Assembly (NCBI RefSeq): GCF_964355755.1
Contig: NC_092680.1
Location: forward strand, 11,780,001 to 11,844,000
Length of the DNA: 64,000 bases
Direction: 5' to 3'
DNA from: Antedon mediterranea
Taxonomy: Eukaryota > Animalia > Echinodermata
Positions 53,101-64,000 of this stretch are shown in pieces (the first letter of the stretch is position 1; each line of letters opens with the position of its first letter). The notes under the pieces were generated by a model. That model made no database searches. It was not told the DNA's origin and worked only from the letters and a program-made list of their open reading frames with translations. Position numbers and translations under genes: made by a program.

Positions 53101-56100
53101 TTTGTGTGAAAAAGTTTTCTCGAAATGCTCAAAATGGTCTAAAACGTTTTTATATACCATATTAAGCTATTTTGTGCACTTTGATGTTTTTTTTTTAAAG
53201 TTTTATCGAAATGCTCAAAATGGTCTAAAACGGTTTCTATTGGGATTTTAAGCACTTTGATGATTTTGTGTAACCAAGTTTCATCGAAAATTACAAAATG
53301 GTCTAAAACGTCTCCAAATGCGATTTGAAGCTTTTCTAAGCACTTTTGTGTTTTTATGTTAACAAGTTTTTTCGAAAATCACAAAATGGTCTAAAACGTC
53401 TTCAAATGCGATTTGAAGCTATTCTGTACACTTTTATGTTTTGTGTGAAAAAGTTTTGTCGAAATTCTCAAAATGGTCTAAAACGTTTTTAAATACGATA
53501 TTAAGCTGTTTTGTGCACTTTGATGATTTGTGTGAAAAGTTTTAACAAAATGCTCAAAATGGTCTAAAACGGTTTCTAATGTGATTTTAAGCACTTTGAT
53601 GTTTTTGTGTAACCAAGTTTTTTCGAAAATCACAAAATAGTCTAAAACGTCTCCAAATGCGATTTGAAGCTTTTCTAAGCACTTTGGTGTTTTTATGTTA
53701 ACAAGTTTTTTCGAAAATCACAAAATGGTCTAAAACGTCTCCAAATGCGATTTGAGGATATTCTAAGTACTTTTGTGTTTTTATGTTAACAAGTTTTTTC
53801 GAAAATCACAAAATGGTCTAAAACGTCTTCAAATGCGATTTGAAGCTATTCTGTACACTTTGATGTTTTGTGTGAAAAAGTTTTGTCAAAATGCTCAAAA
53901 TGGTCTAAAACGTTTTTAAAACGATATTAAGCTATTTTGTGCTCTTTGATGTTTTTGTGTAACCAAGTTTCAACGAAAATCACAAAATGGTCTAAAACGT
54001 CTCCAAATGCGATTTGAAGCTTTTCTAAGCACTTTGGTGTTTTTATGTTAACAAGTTTTTTTGAAAATCACAAAATGGTCTAAAACGTCTCCAAATGCGA
54101 TTTGAAGCTCTTCTGTACACTTTGATGTTTTGTGTGAAAAAGTTTTGTCGAAATTCTCAAAATGGTCTAAAAGGTTTTTAAATACGATATTAAGCTGTTT
54201 TGTGCACTTTGATGATTTGTGTGAAAAGTTTTAACGAAATGCTCAAAATGGTCTAAAACGGTTTCTAATGTGATTTTAAGCACTTTGATGTTTTTGTGTA
54301 ACCAAGTTTTTTCGAAAATCACAAAATGGTCTAATACGTCTCCAAATGCGATTTGAAGCTTTTCCAAGCACTTTGCTGTTTTTATGTTAAGTTTTTTCGA
54401 AAATCACAAAATGGTCTAAAACGTCTTCAAATGCGATTTGAAGCTATTCTGTACACTTTGATGTTTTGTGTGAAAAAGTTTTGTCGAAATGCTCAAAATG
54501 GTCTAAAACGTTTTTAAATACGATATTAAGCTATTTTGTGATCTTTGATGTTTTTGTGTGAAAAGTTTTATCAAAATGCTCAAAATGGTCTTAAACGGTT
54601 TCTAATGCGATTTGAAGCTATTCTGTACACTTTGAAGTTTTGTGTGAAAAAGTTTTCTCGAAATGCTCAAAATGGTCTAAAACGTTTTTATATACCATAT
54701 TAAGCTATTTTGTGCACTTTGATGTTTTTTTTGAAAAGTTTTATCGAAATGCTCAAAATGGTCTAAAACGGTTTCTATTGGGATTTTAAGCACTTTGATG
54801 ATTTTGTGTAACCAAGTTTCATCGAAATGTACAAAATGGTCTAAAACGTCTCCAAATGCGATTTGAAGCTATTCTAAGTACTTTTGTGTTTTTATGTTAA
54901 CAAGTTTTTTCGAAAATCACAAAATGGTCTAAAACGTCTTCAAATGCGATTTGAAGCTATTCTGTACACTTTGATGTTTTGTGTGAAAAAGTTTTGTCGA
55001 AATGCTCAAAATGGTCAAAAACGGTTTCTAATGTGATTTTAAGCACTTTGATGTTTTTGTGTAACCAAGTTTTTTAAAAAATCACAAAATGGTCTAAAAC
55101 GTCTCCAAATGCGATTTGAAGCTTTTCTAAGCACTTTGGTGTTTTTATGTTAACAAGTATTTTCGAAAATCACAAAATGGTCTAAAACGTCTCCAAATGC
55201 GATTTGAAGATATTCTGAGCACTTTGGTGTTTTTATGTTAAAAAGTTTTTTCGAAAATCACAAAATAGTCTAAAACGTCTCCAAATGCGATTTGAAGCTA
55301 TTCTGTACACTTTGATGTTTTGTGTGAAAAAGTTTTGTCGAAATGCTCAAAATGGTCTAAAACGTTTTTAAAACGATATTAAGCTATTTTGTGCTCTTTG
55401 ATGTTTTTGTGTAACCAAGTTTCATCGAAAATCACAAAATGGTCTAAAACGTCTCAAAATGCGATTTGAAGCTTTTCTAAGCACTTTGGTGTTTTTATGT
55501 TAACAAGTTTTTTCGAAAATCACGAAATGGTCTAAAATGTCTCCAAATGCGATTTGAAGATATTCTGAGCACTTTGGTGTTTTTATGTTAAAAAGTTTTT
55601 TCGAAAATCACAAAATGGTCTAAAACGTCTCCAAATGCGATTTGAAGCTCTTCTGTACACTTTGATGTTTTGTGTGAAAAAGTTTTGTCGAAATGCTCAA
55701 AATGGTCTAAAACGTTTTTAAATACGATATTAAGCTGTTTTGTGCACTTTGATGATTTGTGTGAAAAGTTTTAACGAAATGCTCAAAATGGTCTAAAACG
55801 GTTTCTAATGTGATTTTAAGCACTTTGATGTTTTTGTGTAACCAAGTTTTTTCGAAAATCACAAAATAGTCTAAAACGTCTCCAAATGCGATTTGAAGCT
55901 TTTCTAAGCACTTTGGTGTTTTTATGTTAACAAGTTTTTTCGAAAATCACAAAATGGTCTAAAACGTCTCCAAATGCGATTTGAGGATATTCTGAGCACT
56001 TTGGTGTTTTTTTGTTAAAAAGTTTTTTCGAAAATCACAAAATGGTCTAAAACGTCTCCAAATGCGATTTGAAGCTATTCTGTACACTTTGATGTTTTGT

Positions 56101-57111
56101 GTGAAAAAGTTTTGTCGAAATGCTCAAAATGGTCTAAAACGTTTTTAAATACGATATTAAGCTATTTTGTGATCTTTGATGTTTTTGTGTGAAAAGTTTT
56201 ATCGAAATGCTCAAAATGGTCTAAAACGTTTTTAAAACGATATTAAGCTATTTTGTGCTCTTTGATGTTTTTGTGTAACCAAGTTTCATCGAAAATCACA
56301 AAATGGTCTAAAACGTCGCCAAATGCGATTTGAAGCTATTCTGTACACTTTGATGTTTTGTGTGAAAAAGTTTTGTCGAAATGCTCAAAATGGTCTAAAA
56401 CGTTTTTAAAACGATATTAAGCTATTTTGTGCTCTTTGATGTTTTTGTGTAACCAAGTTTCATCGAAAATCACAAAATGGTCTAAAACGTCTCCAAATGC
56501 GATTTGAAGCTTTTCTAAGCACTTTGGTGTTTTTATGTTAACAAGTTTTTTCGAATCACAAAATGGTCTAAAACGTCTCCAAATGCGATTTGAAGCTCTT
56601 CTGTACACTTTGATGTTTTGTTTGAAAAAGTTTTGTCGAAATTTTCAAAATGGTCTAAAACGTTTTTAAATACGATATTAAGCTGTTTTGTGCACTTTGA
56701 TGATTTGTGTGAAAAGTTTTAACGAAATGCTCAAAATGGTCTAAAACGGTTTCTAATGTGATTTTAAGCACTTTGATGTTTTTGTGTAACCAAGTTTTTT
56801 CGAAAATCACAAAATAGTCTAAAACGTCTCCAAATGCGATTTGAAGCTTTTCTAAGCACTTTGGTGTTTTTATGTTAACAAGTTTTTTCGAAAATCACAA
56901 AATGGTCTAAAACGTCTCCAAATGCGATTTGAGGATATTCTGAGCACTTTGGTGTTTTTTTGTTAAAAAGTTTTTTCGAAAATCACAAAATGGTCTAAAA
57001 CGTCTCCAAATGCGATTTGAAGCTATTCTGTACACTTTGATGTTTTGTGTGAAAAAGTTTTGTCGAAATGCTCAAAATGGTCTAAAACGTTTTTAAATAC
57101 GATATTAAGCT
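44106..57111 (+). repeat. Super-repeat copy 2, block I (near-identical to 1-13,005)
   Basis: Same markers as copy 1. The match ends where copy 1 reads aagctgttttgtgcac (13001) and copy 2 reads aagctattttgtgatc (57107). Confidence 0.92.
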
Positions 57112-58880
57112 ATTTTGTGATCTTTGATGTTTTTGGGGGAAATTTTTATCGAAATGCTCAAAATGGTCTAAAACGGTTTCTATTGTGATTTTAAGCACTT
57201 TGATGATTTTGTGTAACCAAGTTTCATCGAAATGTACAAAATGGTCTAAAACGTCTCCAAATGCGATTTGAAGCTATTCTAAGTACTTTTGTGTTTTTAT
57301 GTTAACAAGTTTTTTCGAAAATCACAAAATGGTCTAAAACGTCTCAAAATGCGATTTGAAGCTATTCTGTACACTTTGATGTTTTGTGTGAAAAAGTTTT
57401 GTCGAAATGCTCAAAATGGTCTAAAACGTTTTTAAAACGATATTAAGCTATTTTGTGCTCTTTGATGTTTTTGTGTAACCAAGTTTCATCGAAATCAACA
57501 AAATGGTCTAATACGTCTCCAAATGCGATTTGAAGCTTTTCCAAGCTTTTTGCTGTTTTTATGTTAAGTTTTTTCGAAAATCACTAAATGGTCTAAAACG
57601 TCTTCAAATGCGATTTGAAGCTATTCTGTACACTTTGATGTTTTGTGTGAAAAAGTTTTGTCGAAATGCTCAAAATGGTCTAAAACGTTTTTAAATACGA
57701 TATTAAGCTATTTTGTGATCTTTGATGTTTTTGTGTGAAAAGTTTTATCAAAATGCTCAAAATGGTCTAAAACGGTTTCTAATGTGATTTTAAGCACTTT
57801 GATGTTTTTGTGTAACCAAGTTTTTTCGAAAATCACAAAATAGTCTAAAACGTCTCCAAATGCGATTTGAAGCTTTTCTAAGCACTTTGGTGTTTTTATG
57901 TTAACAAGTTTTTTCGAAAATCACAAAATGGTCTAAAACGTCTCCAAATGCGATTTGAGGATATTCTGAGCACTTTGGTGTTTTTTTGTTAAAAAGTTTT
58001 TTCGAAAATAACAAAATGGTCTAAAACGTCTCCAAATGCGATTTGAAGCTATTCTGTACACTTTGATGTTTTGTGTGAAAAAGTTTTGTCGAAATGCTCA
58101 AAATGGTCTAAAACGTTTTTAAATACGATATTAAGCTATTTTGTGATCTTTGATGTTTTTGTGTGAAAAGTTTTATCGAAATGCTCAAAATGGTCTAAAA
58201 TGGTTTCTATTGTGATTTTAAGCACTTTTGATGATTTTGTGTAACCAAGTTTCATCGAAATGTACAAAATGGTCTAAAACGTCTCCAAATGCGATTTGAA
58301 GCTATTCTAAGTACTTTTGTGTTTTTATGTTAACAAGTTTTTTCGAAAATCACAAAATGGTCTAAAACGTCTTCAAATGCGATTTGAAGCTATTCTGTAC
58401 ACTTTGATGTTTTGTGTGAAAAAGTTTTGTCAAAATGCTCAAAATGGTCTAAAACGTTTTTAAAACGATATTAAGCTATTTTGTGCTCTTTGATGTTTTT
58501 GTGTAACCAAGTTTCATCGAAAATCACAAAATGGTCTAAAACGTCTCCAAATGCGATTTGAAGCTTTTCTAAGCACTTTGGTGTTTTTATGTTAACAAGT
58601 TTTTTCGAAAATCACAAAATGGTCTAAAACGTCTCCAAATGCGATTTGAAGCTCTTCTGTACACTTTGATGTTTTGTGTGAAAAAGTTTTGTCGAAATTC
58701 TCAAAATGGTCTAAAAGGTTTTTAAATACGATATTAAGCTGTTTTGTGCACTTTGATGATTTGTGTGAAAAGTTTTAACGAAATGCTCAAAATGGTCTAA
58801 AACGGTTTCTAATGTGATTTTAAGCACTTTGATGTTTTTGTGTAACCAAGTTTTTTCGAAAATCACAAAATGGTCTAATA

Positions 58881-61800
58881 CGTCTCCAAATGCGATTTGA
58901 AGCTATTCTGTACACTTTGATGTTTTGTGTGAAAAAGTTTTGTCGAAATGCTCAAAATGGTCTAAAACGTTTTTAAAACGATATTAAGCTATTTTGTGCT
59001 CTTTGATGTTTTTGTGTAACCAAGTTTCATCGAAATCAACAAAATGGTCTAATACGTCTCCAAATGCGATTTGAAGCTTTTCTAAGCACTTTGGTGTTTT
59101 TATGTTAAGAAGTTTTTTCGAAAATCACGAAATGGTCTAAAATGTCTCCAAATGCGATTTGAAGATATTCTGAGCACTTTGGTGTTTTTATGTTAAAAAG
59201 TTTTTTCGAAAATCACAAAATGGTCTAAAACGTCTTCAAATGCGATTTGAAGCTATTCTGTACACTTTGATGTTTTGTGTGAAAAAGTTTTGTCAAAATG
59301 CTCAAAATGGTCTAAAACGTTTTTAAAACGATATTAAGCTATTTTGTGCTCTTTGATGTTTTTGTGTAACCAAGTTTCATCGAAAATCACAACATGGTCT
59401 AAAACGTCTCCAAATGCGATTTGAAGCTTTTCTAAGCACTTTGGTGTTTTTATGTTAACAAGTTTTTTCGAAAATCACAAAATGGTCTAAAACGTCTCCA
59501 AATGCGATTTGAAGCTCTTCTGTACACTTTGATGTTTTGTTTGAAAAAGTTTTGTCGAAATTCTCAAAATGGTCTAAAACGTTTTTAAATTCGATATTAA
59601 GCTGTTTTGTGCACTTTGATGATTTGTGTGAAAAGTTTTAACGAAATGCTCAAAATGGTCTAAAACGGTTTCTAATGTGATTTTAAGCACTTTGATGTTT
59701 TTGTGTAACCAAGTTTTTTCGAAAATCACAAAATAGTCTAAAACGTCTCCAAATGCGATTTGAAGCTTTTCTAAGCACTTTGGTGTTTTTATGTTAACAA
59801 GTTTTTTCGAAAATCACAAAATGGTCTAAAACGTCTCCAAATGCGATTTGAGGATATTCTGAGCACTTTGGTGTTTTTTTGTTAAAAAGTTTTTTCGAAA
59901 ATCACAAAATGGTCTAAAACGTCTCCAAATGCGATTTGAAGCTATTCTGTACACTTTGATGTTTTGTGTGAAAAAGTTTTGTCGAAATGCTCAAAATGGT
60001 CTAAAACGTTTTTAAATACGATATTAAGCTATTTTGTGATCTTTGATGTTTTTGTGTGAAAAGTTTTATCGAAATGCTCAAAATGGTCTAAAACGGTTTC
60101 TATTGTGATTTTAAGCACTTTGATGATTTTGTGTAACCAAGTTTCATCGAAATGTACAAAATGGACTAAAACGTCTCCAAATGCGATTTGAAGCTATTCT
60201 AAGTACTTTTGTGTTTTTATGTTAACAAGTTTTTTCGAAAATCACAAAATGGTCTAAAACGTCTTCAAATGCGATTTGAAGCTATTCTGTACACTTTGAT
60301 GTTTTGTGTGAAAAAGTTTTGTCAAAATGCTCAAAATGGTCTAAAACGTTTTTAAAACGATATTAAGCTATTTTGTGCTCTTTGATGTTTTTGTGTAACC
60401 AAGTTTCATCGAAAATCACAAAATGGTCTAAAACGTCTCCAAATGCGATTTGAAGCTTTTCTAAGCACTTTGGTGTTTTTATGTTAACAAGTTTTTTCGA
60501 AAATCACAAAATGGTCTAAAACGTCTCCAAATGCGATTTGAAGCTCTTCTGTACACTTTGATGTTTTGTGTTAAAAAGTTTTCTCGAAATTCTCAAAATG
60601 GTCTAAAACTTTTTTAAATACGATATTAAGCTGTTTTGTGCACTTTGATGATTTGTGTGAAAAGTTTTAACGAAATGCTCAAAATGGTCAAAAACGGTTT
60701 CTAATGTGATTTTAAGCACTTTGATGTTTTTGTGTAACCAAGTTTTTTTCGAAAATCACAAAATGGTCTAAAACGTCTCCAAATGCGATTTGAGGATATT
60801 CTGAGCACTTTGGTGTTTTTATGTTAAAAAGTTTTTTCGAAAATCACAAAATGGTCTAAAACGTCTCAAAATGCGATTTTAAGCTATTCTGTACACTTTG
60901 ATGTTTTGTGTGAAAAAGTTTTTTCGAAATGCTCAAAATGGTCTAAAACGTTTTTAAAACGATATTAAGCTATTTTGTGCTCTTTGATGTTTTTGTGTAA
61001 CCAAGTTTCATCGAAATCAACAAAATGGTCTAATACGTCTCCAAATGCGATTTGAAGCTTTTCCAAGCACTTTGCTGTTTTTATGTTAACAAGTTTTTTC
61101 GAAAATCACAAAATGGTCTAAAACGTCTTCAAATGCGATTTGAAGCTATTCTGTACACTTTGATGTTTTGTGTGAAAAAGTTTTGTCGAAATGCTCAAAA
61201 TGGTCTAAAACGTTTTTAAATACGATATTAAGCTATTTTGTGATCTTTGATGTTTTTGTGTGAAAAGTTTTATCAAAATGCTCAAAATGGTCTGAAACGG
61301 TTTCTAATGCGATTTGAAGCTATTCTGTACACTTTGAAGTTTTGTGTGAAAAAGTTTTCTCGAAATGCTCAAAATGGTCTAAAACGTTTTTATATACCAT
61401 ATTAAGCTATTTTGTGCACTTTGATGTTTTTTGTGAAAAGTTTTATCGAAATGCTCAAAATGGTCTAAAACGGTTTCTATTGGGATTTTAAGCACTTTGA
61501 TGATTTTGTGTAACCAAGTTTCATCGAAATGTACAAAATGGTCTAAAACGTCTCCAAATGCGATTTGAAGCTATTCTAAGTACTTTTGTGTTTTTATGTT
61601 AACAAGTTTTTTCGAAAATCAGAAAATGGTCTAAAACGTCTTCAAATGCGATTTGAAGCTATTCTGTACACTTTTATGTTTTGTGTGAAAAAGTTTTGTC
61701 GAAATTCTCAAAATGGTCTAAAACGTTTTTAAATACGATATTAAGCTGTTTTGTGCACTTTGATGATTTGTGTGAAAAGTTTTAACGAAATGCTCAAAAT

Positions 61801-64000
61801 GGTCAAAAACGGTTTCTAATGTGATTTTAAGCACTTTGATGTTTTTGTGTAACCAAGTTTTTTCAAAAATCACAAAATGGTCTAAAACGTCTCCAAATGC
61901 GATTTGAAGCTTTTCTAAGCACTTTGGTGTTTTTATGTTAACAAGTTTTTTCGAAAATCACAAAATGGTCTAAAACGTCTCCAAATGCGATTTGAAGATA
62001 TTCTGAGCACTTTGGTGTTTTTATGTTAAAAAGTTTTTTCGAAAATCACAAAATAGTCTAAAACGTCTCCAAAGGCGATTTGAAGCTATTCTGTACACTT
62101 TGATGTTTTGTGTGAAAAAGTTTTGTCGAAATGCTCAAAATGGTCTAAAACGTTTTTAAAACGATATTAAGCTATTTTGTGCTCTTTGATGTTTTTGTGT
62201 AACCAAGTTTCATCGAAAATCACAAAATGGTCTAAAACGTCTCAAAATGCGATTTGAAGCTTTTCTAAGCACTTTGGTGTTTTTATGTTAAAAAGTTTTT
62301 TCGAAAATCACAAAATGGTCTAAAACGTCTCCAAATGCGATTTGAAGCTCTTCTGTACACTTTGATGTTTTGTGTGAAAAAGTTTTGTCGAAATGCTCAA
62401 AATGGTCTAAAACGTTTTTAAATACGATATTAAGCTGTTTTGTGCACTTTGATGATTTGTGTGAAAAGTTTTAACGAAATGCTCAAAATGGTCTAAAACG
62501 GTTTCTAATGTGATTTTAAGCACTTTGATGTTTTTGTGTAACCAAGTTTTTTCGAAAATCACAAAATAGTCTAAAACGTCTCCAAATGCGATTTGAAGCT
62601 TTTCTAAGCACTTTGGTGTTTTTATGTTAACAAGTTTTTTCGAAAATCACAAAATGGTCTAAAACGTCTCCAAATGCGATTTGAGGATATTCTGAGCACT
62701 TTGGTGTTTTTTTGTTAAAAAGTTTTTTCGAAAATCACAAAATGGTCTAAAACGTCTCCAAATGCGATTTGAAGCTATTCTGTACACTTTGATGTTTTGT
62801 GTGAAAAAGTTTTGTCGAAATGCTCAAAATGGTCTAAAACGTTTTTAAATACGATATTAAGCTATTTTGTGATCTTTGATGTTTTTGTGTGAAAAGTTTT
62901 ATCGAAATGCTCAAAATGGTCTAAAACGGTTTCTATTGTGATTTTAAGCACTTTGATGATTTTGTGTAACCAAGTTTCATCGAAATGTACAAAATGGTCT
63001 AAAACGTCTCCAAATGCGTTTTGAAGCTATTCTAAGTACTTTTGTGTTTTTATGTTAACAAGTTTTTTCGAAAATCACAAAATGGTCTAAAACGTCTTCA
63101 AATGCGATTTGAAGCTATTCTGTACACTTTGATGTTTTGTGTGAAAAAGTTTTGTCAAAATGCTCAAAATGGTCTAAAACGTTTTTAAAACGATATTAAG
63201 CTATTTTGTGCTCTTTGATGTTTTTGTGTAACCAAGTTTCATCGAAAATCACAAAATGGTCTAAAACGTCTCCAAATGCGATTTGAAGCTATTCTGTACA
63301 CTTTGATGTTTTGTGTGAAAAAGTTTTGTCGAAATGCTCAAAATGGTCTAAAACGTTTTTAAATACGATATTAAGCTATTTTGTGATCTTTGATGTTTTT
63401 GTGTGAAAAGTTTTATCGAAATGCTCAAAATGGTCTAAAACGGTTTCTATTGTGATTTTAAGCACTTTGATGATTTTGTGTAACCAAGTTTCATCGAAAT
63501 GTACAAAATGGTCTAAAACGTCTCCAAATGCGTTTTGAAGCTATTCTAAGTACTTTTGTGTTTTTATGTTAACAAGTTTTTTCGAAAATCACAAAATGGT
63601 CTAAAACGTCTTCAAATGCGATTTGAAGCTCTTCTGTACACTTTGATGTTTTGTGTGAAAAAGTTTTGTCGAAATGCTCAAAATGGTCTAAAACGTTTTT
63701 AAATACGATATTAAGCTGTTTTGTGCACTTTAATGATTTGTGTGAAAAGTTTTAACGAAATGCTCAAAATGGTCTAAAACGGTTTCTAATGCGATTTTAA
63801 GCACTTTGATGTTTTTGTGTAACCAAGTTTTTTCGAAAATCACAAAATGGTCTAAAACGTCTCAAAATGCGATTTGAAGCTTTTCTAAGCACTTTGGTGT
63901 TTTTATGTTAACAAGTTTTTTTCGAAAATCACGAAATGGTCTAAAATGTCTCCAAATGCGATTTGAAGATATTCTGAGCACTTTGGTGTTTTTATGTTAA
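58881..64000 (+). repeat. Super-repeat copy 2, blocks II-III (matches 16,580-21,103 at +42,301, then ~22,820-23,417 at +40,583)
   Basis: Block II markers as above. Block III markers: gcgttttg 22947/63530, cactttaatg ~23143/~63726, ttctaatgcgattttaag 23201/63784. Confidence 0.88.

Larger units (their letters stand above)
1..64000 (+). repeat. AT-rich tandem satellite array, ~87-bp monomer (86-88 bp, with a 78-bp variant), head-to-tail, extending beyond both window edges
   Basis: The GTCTAAAA core starts at 23, 110, 200, 288, 376, 463, 549, 627, 699, 787, 874, 961, 1039, 1127, 1214 and 1301, and continues in the same orientation to the end. No unique sequence was seen. Example 88-bp monomer (type A): gtctaaaacgtctccaaatgcgatttgaagcttttctaagcactttggtgtttttatgttaacaagttttttcgaaaatcacaaaatg. 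Confidence 0.99.

Noticed and set aside
465-56608. Fourteen short ORFs (61-81 aa) with near-identical peptides such as KCLEKLQIAFGDVLDHFVIF
   Set aside because: They are translations of the satellite. They pass the length threshold only where private indels or junctions remove stops or shift frame (e.g. the 16-bp deletion at ~680, the extra T at ~5140, the junction at 24,794). I recognise no domain or gene context.
1-64000. CRISPR-like pattern of a conserved core separated by variable segments
   Set aside because: The variable segments are homologous to each other and fall into a few recurring types rather than unique spacers. There is no leader and there are no cas genes.
1-64000. Long repetitive protein gene (87 bp = 29 codons)
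   Set aside because: Monomer lengths of 86 and 88 bp break the frame constantly, and the ORF track shows nothing longer than 81 aa in any frame.
1-64000. Assignment to a known satellite (alpha satellite, CEN178, CentO) or presence of a CENP-B box
   Set aside because: I do not recognise the monomer as any of these. TTCG is present, but no downstream CGGG of the CENP-B box was seen. A database search is required.
1-64000. Transposon insertions, inversions, telomeric repeats, or tRNA/5S-derived units
   Set aside because: No non-satellite interval, no reverse-orientation monomer, no telomere motif and no recognisable RNA-gene structure was seen.

Overview
The whole 64 kb window is one uninterrupted, head-to-tail, single-orientation AT-rich tandem satellite array (about 30% GC; 28/88 G+C counted in one monomer). 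It holds roughly 740-750 monomers of 86-88 bp plus a recurrent 78-bp form, all sharing the core CAAAATGGTCTAAAACG. I see no genes, RNA genes, transposons, CRISPR arrays or inversions, and all listed ORFs are chance reading frames through the repeat. The monomers fall into about eight types (my labels A, B, C, D/D', E/E', F, G, H) joined in a restricted order. They build 350-bp and 427-bp units and a recurring 1,806-bp 21-mer. Private SNPs and indels reveal nested recent duplications: tandem 1,280 bp and 1,718 bp, offsets of about 7.4 kb and 10 kb, and a 40.6-44.1 kb super-repeat (1-13,005 recurs at 44,106-57,111 with only a handful of differences). The layout resembles eukaryotic centromeric or pericentromeric higher-order-repeat satellite, but the organism, satellite family and function cannot be determined from sequence alone. 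All alignments were done by eye and need computational confirmation.
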